Source: Terriglobia bacterium
GTDB taxonomy: Bacteria; Acidobacteriota; Terriglobia; Acidiferrales; UBA7541
DNA: 64,000 nucleotides
NCBI GenBank assembly: GCA_963695545.1
Contig: OY968796.1
Span: 3,648,001-3,712,000 of the forward strand
Direction: 5' to 3'
How positions within the stretch are numbered: the stretch's first letter is position 1; each line of letters begins with the position of its first letter. This document shows positions 31,202 through 40,876 of this stretch, one piece after another. Both the position numbers and the translations under genes were made by a program. The notes under the pieces were generated by a model, which saw only the letters and a list, made by a program, of their open reading frames with translations, did no database searches and had not been told where the DNA came from.

Positions 31202-33727
31202 CTAGCCGAGGACGAAATTCACCAGTTTTTCCCGCACCGCGATGGTTTTCACAATTTTCTGTCCGGCGAGCAATTGTGCAATGCGCGGATCGGCCAGCAC
31301 GCGGTCGATCAGCTCGTCTTCGCTCAACCCCGGCTCGCTCAAGATCTTGCCGCGCACGCGCCCGTTGATCTGCGCGATGATTTCCACTTGCTCTTCGGCC
31401 GCCAGTTGCGCCACATATTCGGGCCACGCGGCGTGGGTCAAACCCTCGGCGTGGCCGAGCATTTCCCAAAGCTCCTCGGCCAGATGCGGCGCCATCGGCG
31501 CGATCATCTGCGTCAACAGTTCGAGCGTTTCGCGCACCACTTCCGGCCGCGCACCTTCTTCCAGCGGCTCGAGCGAGTGCACCAGATTCACCAGCTCCAT
31601 GATCAGCGCGATCGACGAATTGAAATGCCAGCGCGCTTCAAAATCGTTGGTCACGCGGCGCAGCGTCTGATGCGCTTTGCGCCGCAGCGCTTTCTCTTTT
31701 TCCGAAGTGCTGGCCAGCGAGCCCGACTTTGCTCCAACCTCCACCGACGCAGCGGGCTTCGCGGGCCCCAGCGCAGGCGCGTGACGCGCGATCAATCGAT
31801 AGAGCCGGCTCAAAAATCGCGCGCAGCCCTCGATTCCCTGCTCGCTCCATTCGAGATCGCGCTCCGGCGGCGCTGCGAACAGCGTGTACAACCGCGCCGT
31901 ATCGCAGCCGTATTTTTCCGCCATATCCAGCGCGCCAACCAGATTGCCTTTCGATTTCGACATCTTCTCGCCGTTCATCAACACCAGCCCCTGCGAAAAC
32001 AGCCGGCTGATCGGCTCCGTGTGATCCACCATCTTCAAATCGTGCATCACCTTGCAGAAAAATCGCGAATAGATCAGGTGCAAAATCGCGTGCTCGATGC
32101 CGCCGATGTACTGGTCGATCGGAAACCAATAGGCCACCGGCGCATTGTCGAACGGCGCCTTGTCGTTGTGCGGATCGGTGTAACGGTAGAAGTACCACGA
32201 TGAGTCGACGAACGTGTCCATCGTGTCCGTCTCGCGCCGCGCCGGCCCGCCGCATTTCGGACACGTGGTGTTCACGAATTCCGGCACGCCCGCCAGCGGC
32301 GATTGCCCCTGCCCCGTCAGTGTGACGCTCTCCGGCAACCGCACCGGCAATTCGGAATCGGGCACAGGCACCATGCCGTCGGTCTCGCAATAAACCACCG
32401 GAATCGGCGTGCCCCAATAACGCTGCCGCGAAATTCCCCAGTCCTTCAGCCGATACACGGTTTCGCCCGAACCGTATCCGCCCTTTTCGGCAGCGGCGAT
32501 CATGCGCTCCATGGCTTTCTCGGAAGGCAGTCCGGAATATGGACCCGAATCCGTCAGCACTCCGTATCCGGTGAACGCTTCATCGAGCGTGGCGGGAGCG
32601 AGCAGCTTGCCCGACGCCGGCTGCACCACGATTTTTTTATCCAGCCGATATTTTGTGGCGAACTCGAAATCGCGTTCATCGTGCGCCGGAACGCACATCA
32701 CCGCGCCCGTGCCGTATTCCATCAGCACAAAATTTCCCACCCAGATCGGCACCGGCGATCCGCTGAACGGATTGATCGCGAAGCGCCCCAGAAAAAATCC
32801 TTCTTTCTCGGCCGTGGCCAGGTCGGCGCCGCGCACGCTGCGTTTGCGCAGCCGCTCGAGTTGCTGCTCCACCGACGTGCGCCCCGCCACGCCGGCCATG
32901 AGTTTTTCAACCAGCGGATGCTCCGGCGCAAGAATCAGCGCCGACACGCCAAAAATCGTGTCGATGCGCGTGGTAAAAACTTCAAGTCCCGCGCCCGCGA
33001 GGCCCGGCGCGTCCATAATTCCAAATCGCACGCGCGCCCCGCGCGATTTTCCAATCCAGTTGCGCTGCATCGCCAGCACGCGCTCGGGCCATCCGCCTGC
33101 GAGATCCGTCAAGCCATCGAGCAGCGCGTCGGCATAGTGCGTCGTCGCCAGAAACCATTGCTCGATTTCTTTGGCTTCCACCAGCGTCGTGTCGTGCTGC
33201 CAGCAACACCCGTCCACCACCTGCTCGTTCGCCAGCACCGTTTGACACAGCGGACACCAATTCACGCGGCTGCGCTTGCGATAAGCCAATCCGCGTTCGA
33301 GCATGCGCAAGAAGAACCACTGATTCCAGCGGTAATATTCCGGCTCGCAGGTGGAAATTTCGCGCCGCCAATCGTAGCTGAAGCCGAAGCGCTGGCAAAC
33401 CGATTTCATCTGCGCGATGTTCGCATTGGTCCAATCGCGTGGCGGAATCCCGCGCTTGATCGCGGCGTTTTCCGCCGGCAAACCGAACGCGTCCCAGCCG
33501 ATCGGATGCAGCACGTTGAATCCGCGCATGCGTTTGTAACGCGCCACGGCGTCGCCGATGGTGTAATTGCGCATGTGGCCCATGTGCAGCGTGCCGGAGG
33601 GGTAAGGCAACATCTCGAGGACGTAATACTTCAGCTTGCCGGGTTCGGCGTCGGACTCGAACGCGCCTTCGCGCTCCCAGCGTTCGCGCCATTTTTCTTC
33701 GATCGCCCGAGGGGCGTAATCCGCCAC
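31202..33727 (-). CDS. leuS: Leucine-tRNA ligase
   Basis: [33 protein letters not shown]. Confidence 0.98.
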   Translation of the reverse strand: MADYAPRAIEEKWRERWEREGAFESDAEPGKLKYYVLEMLPYPSGTLHMGHMRNYTIGDAVARYKRMRGFNVLHPIGWDAFGLPAENAAIKRGIPPRDWTNANIAQMKSVCQRFGFSYDWRREISTCEPEYYRWNQWFFLRMLERGLAYRKRSRVNWCPLCQTVLANEQVVDGCCWQHDTTLVEAKEIEQWFLATTHYADALLDGLTDLAGGWPERVLAMQRNWIGKSRGARVRFGIMDAPGLAGAGLEVFTTRIDTIFGVSALILAPEHPLVEKLMAGVAGRTSVEQQLERLRKRSVRGADLATAEKEGFFLGRFAINPFSGSPVPIWVGNFVLMEYGTGAVMCVPAHDERDFEFATKYRLDKKIVVQPASGKLLAPATLDEAFTGYGVLTDSGPYSGLPSEKAMERMIAAAEKGGYGSGETVYRLKDWGISRQRYWGTPIPVVYCETDGMVPVPDSELPVRLPESVTLTGQGQSPLAGVPEFVNTTCPKCGGPARRETDTMDTFVDSSWYFYRYTDPHNDKAPFDNAPVAYWFPIDQYIGGIEHAILHLIYSRFFCKVMHDLKMVDHTEPISRLFSQGLVLMNGEKMSKSKGNLVGALDMAEKYGCDTARLYTLFAAPPERDLEWSEQGIEGCARFLSRLYRLIARHAPALGPAKPAASVEVGAKSGSLASTSEKEKALRRKAHQTLRRVTNDFEARWHFNSSIALIMELVNLVHSLEPLEEGARPEVVRETLELLTQMIAPMAPHLAEELWEMLGHAEGLTHAAWPEYVAQLAAEEQVEIIAQINGRVRGKILSEPGLSEDELIDRVLADPRIAQLLAGQKIVKTIAVREKLVNFVLG

Positions 33728-33772
33728 TGTTTCCCTTTCACAGAACTCGCGTCCCGCGAAATCGCGGCGGGA

Positions 33773-34933
33773 TCAGCGCTGCGCGGAGCTTCTTTTCGGC
33801 TTGGGCCGCCGCCGCCCCGCCACGCGCTTGCGTTTCGATTTCGATCTCGACTTCGCCGCCACCGGCTTCGCGCTCACTCGCGCGGATTTCTTCCGCGCGC
33901 CGCCCGCGCGCCGCAGCATCGAAAAACCATTTTCGGCCTTCGGCGCTTGCTCCGCGCCAAATCCCACCACTTCCCACAACGCGCGCACGTTGCGCCGATC
34001 GTCGCCGGGCTTATCGATCGGCGTTTCAAGAATCAACGCGCGCGACGGAATGCCCTGCGGCCCCGTCCGCGCCAGGCGCGGATGCAGCAAGATGCGCCCG
34101 AACGCCACGCGCCCGATCGCGCCGCGCCCGATGTGCTGGTGACGATCCACGCGCGAGCCCAGCGGCGTCTTTGAATCGTTCACGTGCACCACGAAAACGC
34201 GATCGAGCCCCACCGTCAGCTCGATCTCATCCAGCGTGCGATCCAAACCATCCGCCGTGCGAATCTCGTAGCCCGCCGCGAGCGTGTGCGCCGTATCCAG
34301 GCAAACGCCGAGCGGCAATTCCGGCGCGGCGTCCAGAATCGCGCGCAATTCCGCGAAGCGCGAACCCACCGTCGCGCCCGTGCCCGCGGTATTTTCGATC
34401 AGGATGCGCAAATTCCCCGGCCGCAGTCCGCGCATCGCCAGGCGCAATCCTTGGCCAACTCGCGCAATGGCCTCCGCCAGCGTCGTCCCGCGCGCCGAAC
34501 CCGGATGCAGCACCAGAAAATCGGCGCCCAGCGCGAGCGCGCGCACAATTTCATCGTGAAATGCCTGAATCGCACGCGCCTGCTGCACCGGTTCGGGCGT
34601 CGCCAAATTGATCAAATAATTCGCGTGGATCACCAGCGGACCCAGGCCCAGCGCCTCGCGCCGCGCGCGGAATCGCGCCGCGTCCGCTTCCGGAATGCGC
34701 GCGCCGCCGCGCGGCCACATCCGCGGGCTGGCCGAGAAAATCTGCAGCGCGTTGCAACCCAGCTTGCGCGCCGATTCCAGCGCGTTCACCAGATCGCCCG
34801 CTATCGAACTGTGAATCCCCACTCGCACGCTGCCGTCCTGCCACGCGGGCGGTAGCGGTTCGGATTCAAGCTCCAGGCGGTATTCGTCCGAGATGTCGTA
34901 CGGCAGTTCGGAGGTGTGGGAGGATTCCGGCAT
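33773..34933 (-). CDS. nfo: Endonuclease IV with basic C-terminal tail
   Basis: GIHSSIAG, HANYLINL, ENTAG, CLDTAH, HVNDS, DRH.HIG, LETP. Confidence 0.93.
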   Translation of the reverse strand: MPESSHTSELPYDISDEYRLELESEPLPPAWQDGSVRVGIHSSIAGDLVNALESARKLGCNALQIFSASPRMWPRGGARIPEADAARFRARREALGLGPLVIHANYLINLATPEPVQQARAIQAFHDEIVRALALGADFLVLHPGSARGTTLAEAIARVGQGLRLAMRGLRPGNLRILIENTAGTGATVGSRFAELRAILDAAPELPLGVCLDTAHTLAAGYEIRTADGLDRTLDEIELTVGLDRVFVVHVNDSKTPLGSRVDRHQHIGRGAIGRVAFGRILLHPRLARTGPQGIPSRALILETPIDKPGDDRRNVRALWEVVGFGAEQAPKAENGFSMLRRAGGARKKSARVSAKPVAAKSRSKSKRKRVAGRRRPKPKRSSAQR

Positions 34934-35087
34934 TCCCTATTTTTTCTAGCCCTCTGTCATGAGATTCACGCAGGCGAGCAAATCTATTGTAGCCGATGCT
35001 CCGGCGATCCGGCAACGCATTTATGGGCCTAAATCGAGCCTTTTCAGCCGCTCGGCCGCGCCGAATCGCCGCGAAAGTCGCGCAATT

Positions 35088-36782
35088 TCAGCGCTTTCCG
35101 GCCTTTTTCGTCTCGCGCGAACCCGATTCCGCCCGGCTGGCTATCGCGCTCTTGGCCTGCGCCGCTTTGCGTTCCGCGTAGATCACGTAATCCGCATATG
35201 GACCCTTGAAGTCGTCGATGTGCCCGCCCTCGAAATGCCAAATGCGCGTCGCGACTTCGTCGATCACGTCGTAGTCGTGCGTCACCAGCAGCACCGTGCC
35301 CGGATACTTCTGCAGCGAAATGTTCAGCGCGTTGATCGACTCCAAATCCAAATGGTTCGTCGGCTCGTCGAGCACCAAAACATTCGGCTTCTGCAGCATC
35401 AGTCGGCAGAAAATCACTCGCGCCGATTCTCCGCCGGAAAGCGCGCTGGTCGGCTTAAGCGCGTCCTCGCCGCTGAACAGCATGCGTCCCAGCAGCCCGC
35501 GCAGTTCCTCCTGCGTCGCGCGCGGATCGAATTGCTGCAGCCAGTCGATCACCGTCGTGCCCTTCACGATCGATTCGGTGTGATCCTGCGCGAAGTAGCC
35601 CACGGACACCTCGTGCCCCCAGGTCACCGTGCCGCCATTGGTCGTAAACAGTTTGTCCGAATCCTCCACAAACCCCGTCGCATTCCGCAGCAACGATTTC
35701 AGCAGCGTGGTTTTCCCCGCGCCGTTGCGCCCCACCAGCGCGATTTTTTCTCCGCGCATCACATTCGCGCTGAATGGCGCGAACACTTTCAATTCGCCGT
35801 ACGATTTCGTCAGGCTCTTGATCTCGATCGGATGCTTGCCCGAGGGCCGCGTCATGTCGAATCGCATGTAAGGCCGCTGGATGTTCGATCGCGCCAGCTC
35901 GGCCGTCTGCATGCGCTCCACTTCCTTCTTCCGCGACATCACCTGCGACGACCGCGTGCCCGCCGAAAATCGCGCGATAAACTCATTCAATTGCGCGATT
36001 TTCTTTTCGCGCACCGCGTTCTGCGCCTCGATGCGCGAACGAATCTGCATCTTGGCCACCACCATGTCGTCGTATCCGCCGACGTACATGATCACCGTCT
36101 CGTAATCGATGTCCGCGATGTAGGTGCACACGCTGTTCAGAAAATGTCGGTCGTGCGAAATCACGATCAGCACGCCTTCGTATTTGCACAAATAATCCTG
36201 CAGCCAGTGCACCGAATCCAAATCCAGGTGGTTGGTCGGCTCGTCCAGCAGCAGCGCCGGCGGAGAGCCAAATAGCGCCTGCGCCAGCAGCACGCGCACT
36301 TTATCGCCGCCCTGCAATTCCCCCATCTTGCGCTCATGCAGCGCGTCTTCCACCCCCAGCCCATCGAGCAGGATCGCCGCATCCGCTTCCGCCGTGTACC
36401 CGCCCTCTTCCCCGACGATCCCCTCAAGCTCGCCCAGCCGCATCCCGTCTTTGTCCGTCAGTTGATCGTGCGGCTTCGCGTACAGCGCGTCGCGCTCCTC
36501 GAGTGCTTTCCACAGCGCCGCGTTCCCCATGATCACCGTGTCGATCACGCGAAATTGGTCGAACGCGAACTGATCCTGCCGCAAAATCCCCAGCTTCTTT
36601 GGCCGCGTCACCGACCCCGCCGAAGGCTCGAATTCCCCCGCCAAAATCTTCATCAGCGTGGACTTACCGGCCCCATTCGGCCCCGTGATGGCGTACCTCC
36701 GCCCCTCCATAAACGAGCAGGTGACGTCTTCAAACAGACGCCTCTCGCCGAACCGCATAGAGATGTTGTTAACGGAAAGCAA
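35088..36782 (-). CDS. ABC-F family ATPase (YbiT-like)
   Basis: Two ABC domains (GPNGAGKST, GRNGAGKTT, LDEPTNHLD twice), no TM helices. Confidence 0.93.
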   Translation of the reverse strand: MLSVNNISMRFGERRLFEDVTCSFMEGRRYAITGPNGAGKSTLMKILAGEFEPSAGSVTRPKKLGILRQDQFAFDQFRVIDTVIMGNAALWKALEERDALYAKPHDQLTDKDGMRLGELEGIVGEEGGYTAEADAAILLDGLGVEDALHERKMGELQGGDKVRVLLAQALFGSPPALLLDEPTNHLDLDSVHWLQDYLCKYEGVLIVISHDRHFLNSVCTYIADIDYETVIMYVGGYDDMVVAKMQIRSRIEAQNAVREKKIAQLNEFIARFSAGTRSSQVMSRKKEVERMQTAELARSNIQRPYMRFDMTRPSGKHPIEIKSLTKSYGELKVFAPFSANVMRGEKIALVGRNGAGKTTLLKSLLRNATGFVEDSDKLFTTNGGTVTWGHEVSVGYFAQDHTESIVKGTTVIDWLQQFDPRATQEELRGLLGRMLFSGEDALKPTSALSGGESARVIFCRLMLQKPNVLVLDEPTNHLDLESINALNISLQKYPGTVLLVTHDYDVIDEVATRIWHFEGGHIDDFKGPYADYVIYAERKAAQAKSAIASRAESGSRETKKAGKR

Positions 36783-36897
36783 TGTTATGAGCGGTGACCA
36801 ACGACAGCAGCGGTGATCAACGGAAAAATAATTATACCGTGCCCCGCAACAAGCCGCAATCGCCGCTAACGCCCTCGTTGACCGCGGTCTACAGAAC

Positions 36898-37002
36898 CGT
36901 CATTCTGACCGAAGAGGCGACTCGTTTTTTCAGCCGTCCGCGTCCGCGGACGGGTCGCCTCGCAGTCGCCTGCCCGCCGGAGGCGGGAAGAATCCCTCTT
37001 CG
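36898..37002 (+). repeat. CGTC-type REP-like palindromic repeat with nested hairpins
   Basis: CGTCATTCTGA...GAAGAATCCCTCTT frame, with inner GAGGCGAC/GTCGCCTC and CCCGCC-gga-GGCGGG stems. Confidence 0.55.
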
Positions 37003-37224
37003 CGTTCTCGTCTCACTCTAGCGGTTGCCCCACACTCCGATCGCGCATGCGACCTTTCTGGCTCCTCACACGCCGCTAACGCCCCGATCAACGCTGCCCG
37101 ACGGTCGTCCCCAATCGGGAAGACGCACGACCCACAATGAAACGCTCCTGCGATCTACCTCATCGCCATTTCGCCAAAGGCCACCATCCTGGCGCGTTCC
37201 CACGCTGAACCGACTCTTCGGACT

Positions 37225-37240
37225 CGGCACCCAAATTGCA
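37225..37240 (+). promoter_or_regulatory. Putative sigma54 promoter
   Basis: CGGCACCCAAATTGCA (GG-N10-GC), about 100 bp upstream of 37342. Confidence 0.5.
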
Positions 37241-37341
37241 TCCAGAACGGGCGCAGCTTGGTCCCGGAAACGCGCGACGCTCCCGAATGCTCCATCGCGC
37301 GAATCACCTGGCGCTCAGATTATCAAAGTGGAGACACCACC

Positions 37342-37818
37342 ATGCGCATCCCGCCAATCCTAATCATGGTCCTGGCCTGCGCCGCCGCCCTGCCCACTCT
37401 CGCCGCGCAGCAAGATCAATCCACGCCGCAAAGCTCCGCACCACAAGCGCCCTCCGAAAAAACCCGCATCTTCGTCACCCAAAGCGATTCCTGGGAAGTC
37501 CATGGCGAATGGCTCCTCGCCGACGGCAGCGGCGCCGGCCTCCAGCGCGGCGGCTCAAGCCCGCAAACCGTTGAGATCATCAAAACTTTCAACCAACGCT
37601 GCCCTGACGTAATCGTCACCACTCACAAAGACAAAGCCGACTACGTGATCGTCCTCGACCACGAAGGCGATAAAGAATTCCTGCTCCATCGCAACAAAAT
37701 CGCCGTTTTCAATCGCGACGGCGACGCCATCTTCACCGATTCCACTCTCGCCCTCGGCACCTCCGTTTCGAATGCCTGCGCCTCTATCCACAAAGATCTG
37801 GCCTACCTGCACCACTAA
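37342..37818 (+). CDS. Secreted hypothetical protein
   Basis: GGAG RBS; signal peptide MRIPPILIMVLACAAALPTLA. Confidence 0.75.
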   Translation: MRIPPILIMVLACAAALPTLAAQQDQSTPQSSAPQAPSEKTRIFVTQSDSWEVHGEWLLADGSGAGLQRGGSSPQTVEIIKTFNQRCPDVIVTTHKDKADYVIVLDHEGDKEFLLHRNKIAVFNRDGDAIFTDSTLALGTSVSNACASIHKDLAYLHH

Positions 37819-37899
37819 CCCCCGCACGGCACTGTCCAAAAATGACCTACCGGTTCCGCGATCTTGCGGATCCGGGACCGTGTCCTTCGCAATCGGCTG

Positions 37900-38320
37900 C
37901 GTTCGAACAGCTCACTTTCTATTCGAATAACCCATGACTAATATTATATCTATTGACATCACGTCGCCACCCATGCGATGATCTCTTGTGTCCCCGATAC
38001 TCACGCCCGCACCGCAATACGTATCGGCCACTCCCGCCGCCCGGCCCGGCCGCCCGCGTACAGTTTTCGCGTCTCGCCCAATTCCCTCGCGCGCAAATTC
38101 GATTGCTCAAATTCAGCCATTCGCGCACTTCTCGCGCTCCAACTCTTCCAGAATCAACACTTCTGAGCATTTCTCACTTTCCCGTATCTCGCTGATTGGC
38201 AAGACTTTGAACTCTACTAGAATCAACACTTCTGCGAATAAGGACTTAAAGTCGAGCAGAATCAACACTTCTGGCGCAAAGGACTTAAAGTCGTTTAGAA
38301 TCAGCACTTCCAAAAAACAC
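37900..38320 (+). repeat. Non-coding promoter + motif-array element, copy B (G-tract continues at 40946-40964 after the IS)
   Basis: GTTCGAA, CTATTCGAAT, TTGACA (37953); AGAATCA(A/G)CACTTC at 38150, 38219, 38258 and 38297 (39-bp period for the last three); CGTATCTCGCTGA at 38183. Confidence 0.75.
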
Positions 38321-38407
38321 GGTAATTATCCCTTGTGAACAAGGAAGGATTATAATGGGTGTGCGTGACAGGCAGTCGGAATGCGTTTGTGCCCAAGCTG
38401 AATAATC

Positions 38408-38740
38408 TTGACGCCGAGAAACCTCCATGCAATCTTCGCTAGCATGACAGCGGAACACAATCTTCTGGTAAGCCTGAGCGAAGTAAAGGCCTTGGTTCTT
38501 GAGTGCGCTCAATGCAGTTCAAGAAGCTCGATTCCTCCCGACAAACTTAACGATCTCCCGAATGCTTGTCCGCAAGGGCACCGATGGTTTATCGGAGAAC
38601 CTAGTGCAATCCGAAGCGGACAATCCCCTATTTTAGAATTTGCTAAAGCGATGCGCGAGGTTAGGGCACTCGACACCCACAAGCAGGCGATAGGGTTCAG
38701 GATGCTATTGGAATTCGAGGAACCAAAGCGATCGCAATGA
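38408..38740 (+). CDS. IS passenger: small putative Zn-ribbon protein
   Basis: ECAQC...CPQGH ligand pattern; ATGA overlap with the next ORF. Start may be the ATG near 38443. Confidence 0.6.
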   Translation: MTPRNLHAIFASMTAEHNLLVSLSEVKALVLECAQCSSRSSIPPDKLNDLPNACPQGHRWFIGEPSAIRSGQSPILEFAKAMREVRALDTHKQAIGFRMLLEFEEPKRSQ

Positions 38741-38925
38741 GAAAAGTGGGGACCGTTCTCGGCGTCTATCTCTCTTTTCTCATTATCCTGCTCGCCATAT
38801 CGTTTGTTTTCCCGACCACTGGTCCGGGGATATGGCAACCGATCTGGTTCGCGTTTGTGTGGTGTGGCTCCGTGTCGTTCGGTCTTACGTTCCTTTGGTT
38901 CCAGATTAAGCCGCTTTCCAAGTGA
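38737..38925 (+). CDS. IS passenger: 62-aa two-TM membrane protein
   Basis: Two hydrophobic helices; translationally coupled to the upstream ORF. Confidence 0.5.
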   Translation: MRKVGTVLGVYLSFLIILLAISFVFPTTGPGIWQPIWFAFVWCGSVSFGLTFLWFQIKPLSK

Positions 38926-38935
38926 CAGGTGCGTT

Positions 38936-39820
38936 CTACCAATCTGGGATTGGCACGATTGAAAAGAATTCGCGCAGATAATTGCCAGTGACCATGCTGT
39001 ACTTGAGCTTGTTTAGCTTTGATGCTTCAACGAAAGCCTTGAAGTCTTTCCGCGCCTCTAGCGGTTTCCCTGTTTTCACTTTGTCGATGTAATATTTGTT
39101 CCAGTGCCATGCGACGAAATCGGCCGCATCAGTTCCGCGTGCGTCTCCTTTGTCGATTATGTTGAAAGAGCTGACCTTAATGAGCGGTCCTGTGGTTGGA
39201 TTGTTCCTCATTTGTTCTACCGATTTCGCTATGTCTCCAATGCCGGGGTCGCCGCTCTCCATAAAATAAGCAAATGATTCCGAAGGGCACGTATCTTGTC
39301 GCCAAAAACCATTAAAAACCAGGCACATTTGGACGGCGTGAGAATGCACGCTTGTCCCATACAAATCTATGTATCCGGGCGGCGCGGTTTGCAGAAACTC
39401 AGCAGGGTTGAATGAGATTGTTCGCGCCATGTACATGTGGCGTCCGATCATTAACGGTATCCGCTTGGAATCCTGAGCGAACAATCGCTCGCGTTCTGAA
39501 TTGTTGCGCTTGAATTCTTCAGCGCCATTGTAAAAGTCCGTAGCATGGAAAGCGTCCGCTCCCCACGGTTTGAGCATTCTTTTCCATGGCCTGATAAATT
39601 TCCTATAGGCTGTTGGCCTAAAAACTACGCAGCCAACAGAGACGATTTCCTCCGTCTCGTCTTTTTTCGCGCCGCGATCTAGGAAAGCCTTAAGCATTAC
39701 TAGGAATCCGTTCCGCTGCGGGAGCACATCGTCCAACAAGGGGATGATGTCTTGGGACGGGCGTTTACGATCAACCGCGAACGCGCATTGACTTTGGGCG
39801 CACATCGGCGCACACTCCAT
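38936..39820 (-). CDS. IS passenger: DUF3800-like protein
   Basis: MLKAFLD, FHATDF, YFMESGD and AADFVAW motifs. Start uncertain (39697 possible). Confidence 0.65.
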   Translation of the reverse strand: MECAPMCAQSQCAFAVDRKRPSQDIIPLLDDVLPQRNGFLVMLKAFLDRGAKKDETEEIVSVGCVVFRPTAYRKFIRPWKRMLKPWGADAFHATDFYNGAEEFKRNNSERERLFAQDSKRIPLMIGRHMYMARTISFNPAEFLQTAPPGYIDLYGTSVHSHAVQMCLVFNGFWRQDTCPSESFAYFMESGDPGIGDIAKSVEQMRNNPTTGPLIKVSSFNIIDKGDARGTDAADFVAWHWNKYYIDKVKTGKPLEARKDFKAFVEASKLNKLKYSMVTGNYLREFFSIVPIPDW

Positions 39821-39825
39821 TCCGT

Positions 39826-39978
39826 ATGGAGCGTGAACCTTCCACGCCGCGAACGCCCAAGACGCTTACTCCCTCCGCCAAGACGAAGAAGCGTATGCAG
39901 CCGTTCACGCGCGATGCGTTCCGAAGCCTGCTAAATAAGGCGATTAAGACGCCCGCTCTGAAACCCTCGACAAGATAG
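39826..39978 (+). CDS. Possible 50-aa basic peptide overlapping the transposase 3' end (antisense)
   Basis: Hand translation MEREPSTPRTPKTLTPSAKTKKRMQPFTRDAFRSLLNKAIKTPALKPSTR*; below the ORF-track cutoff. Confidence 0.4.
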   Translation: MEREPSTPRTPKTLTPSAKTKKRMQPFTRDAFRSLLNKAIKTPALKPSTR

Positions 39979-40876
39979 CACGGAACTGTTGGTTCCCCAT
40001 AAATCTGCGGTTGTATCGGAAGGTGTATTCGTTGAGGTAGGTCTGTAGGTACTCCGGCGAAACAGAGTGATAGACGCCGCCGATTCCCCGCTTGATTAGA
40101 CTCCAGAATCCTTCCACGCTGTTGGTATGGATGTCGCCGCGAACGTACACGCCATCGCTGTGCTTGATGGTCCGGTGCCGATAGTCCAAGTGCTTGCCTT
40201 GTTTGTCGCGCAAGAATCCGATGCGGTTGTAGCTGCTCAGTTCGTCGGTATAGATCATGCTTCCCGGTACGATGTGCTTTTTGACCAAGCCCATCAATCG
40301 CTGCCCGGTAACGTCTGGAATGGCTTTGGCGATCACTTGGCCGCCGCGTTGGACAATCGCCACAACCGGAGTTTTCTTTTTGTCTCCGCGCATCGGACGC
40401 CCGCGCTCATACTTTCTGCGACCGCCCATGTAAGTCTCGTCTATCTCGACCGTTGGTCCCTCCAACTGCATGTCGCCTTCTTCGCTGAGTAGGGAGCGAA
40501 TCTGTCGGAACATGCGCCACGCGGTCTTGTAGGTCACGCCAGTCTCGCGCTGAATCTGTTTCGCGGAGATTCCGCAGCGGGTTGAACCCATCAAATAGGC
40601 CGCGTAGAACCAGAGCCGCAGCGAAGTCGAAGACTTTTGGAAGATGGTTCCGGCCAGCGGATAGATGTGATTCCCGCAATGATCGCAAGCGTATGCGGTG
40701 CGGCCAGTCACGCGATGGTGCTTGCGCTCGACGTGGCACTTCGCGCACTCAGTCACGCCGCCCGGATAGCGTTGCTCTTTGATGTATTCGAGGCACGCGC
40801 TGTCAGTCGGAAACTCTTTGTTGAACTCCTTGACGGTGTAGCGCAATTCTTTCGGTATGCTCTGTTTCACTTTCAT
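39944..40876 (-). CDS. IS1595-family (ISXO2-like) DDE transposase
   Basis: Zn ribbon CAKC..CDHC, HTH, VEIDETY, IYTDE, HTNSVEGFW, YLNEYTFRYN. Confidence 0.96.
   Translation of the reverse strand: MKVKQSIPKELRYTVKEFNKEFPTDSACLEYIKEQRYPGGVTECAKCHVERKHHRVTGRTAYACDHCGNHIYPLAGTIFQKSSTSLRLWFYAAYLMGSTRCGISAKQIQRETGVTYKTAWRMFRQIRSLLSEEGDMQLEGPTVEIDETYMGGRRKYERGRPMRGDKKKTPVVAIVQRGGQVIAKAIPDVTGQRLMGLVKKHIVPGSMIYTDELSSYNRIGFLRDKQGKHLDYRHRTIKHSDGVYVRGDIHTNSVEGFWSLIKRGIGGVYHSVSPEYLQTYLNEYTFRYNRRFMGNQQFRAILSRVSERAS

Noticed and set aside
37901..37929. LexA (SOS) box
   Set aside because: The TTCGAA pairs are 20 bp apart here and 26 bp apart in copy A, fitting neither GTTC-N7-GTTC nor GAAC-N4-GTTC. Kept only as unnamed conserved boxes.
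38150..38311. CRISPR array
   Set aside because: The period is 39 bp with only about 6-10 variable bases, there are no 25-40-bp unique spacers, and no cas genes are present.
37988..38338. 116-aa ORF with SRINTS repeats (also ORFs 38113..38313, 7512..7865, 7647..7889)
   Set aside because: The peptide repeats follow from a 39-bp DNA period. The ORF ends inside the IS terminal repeat, and copy A conserves DNA blocks rather than a protein.
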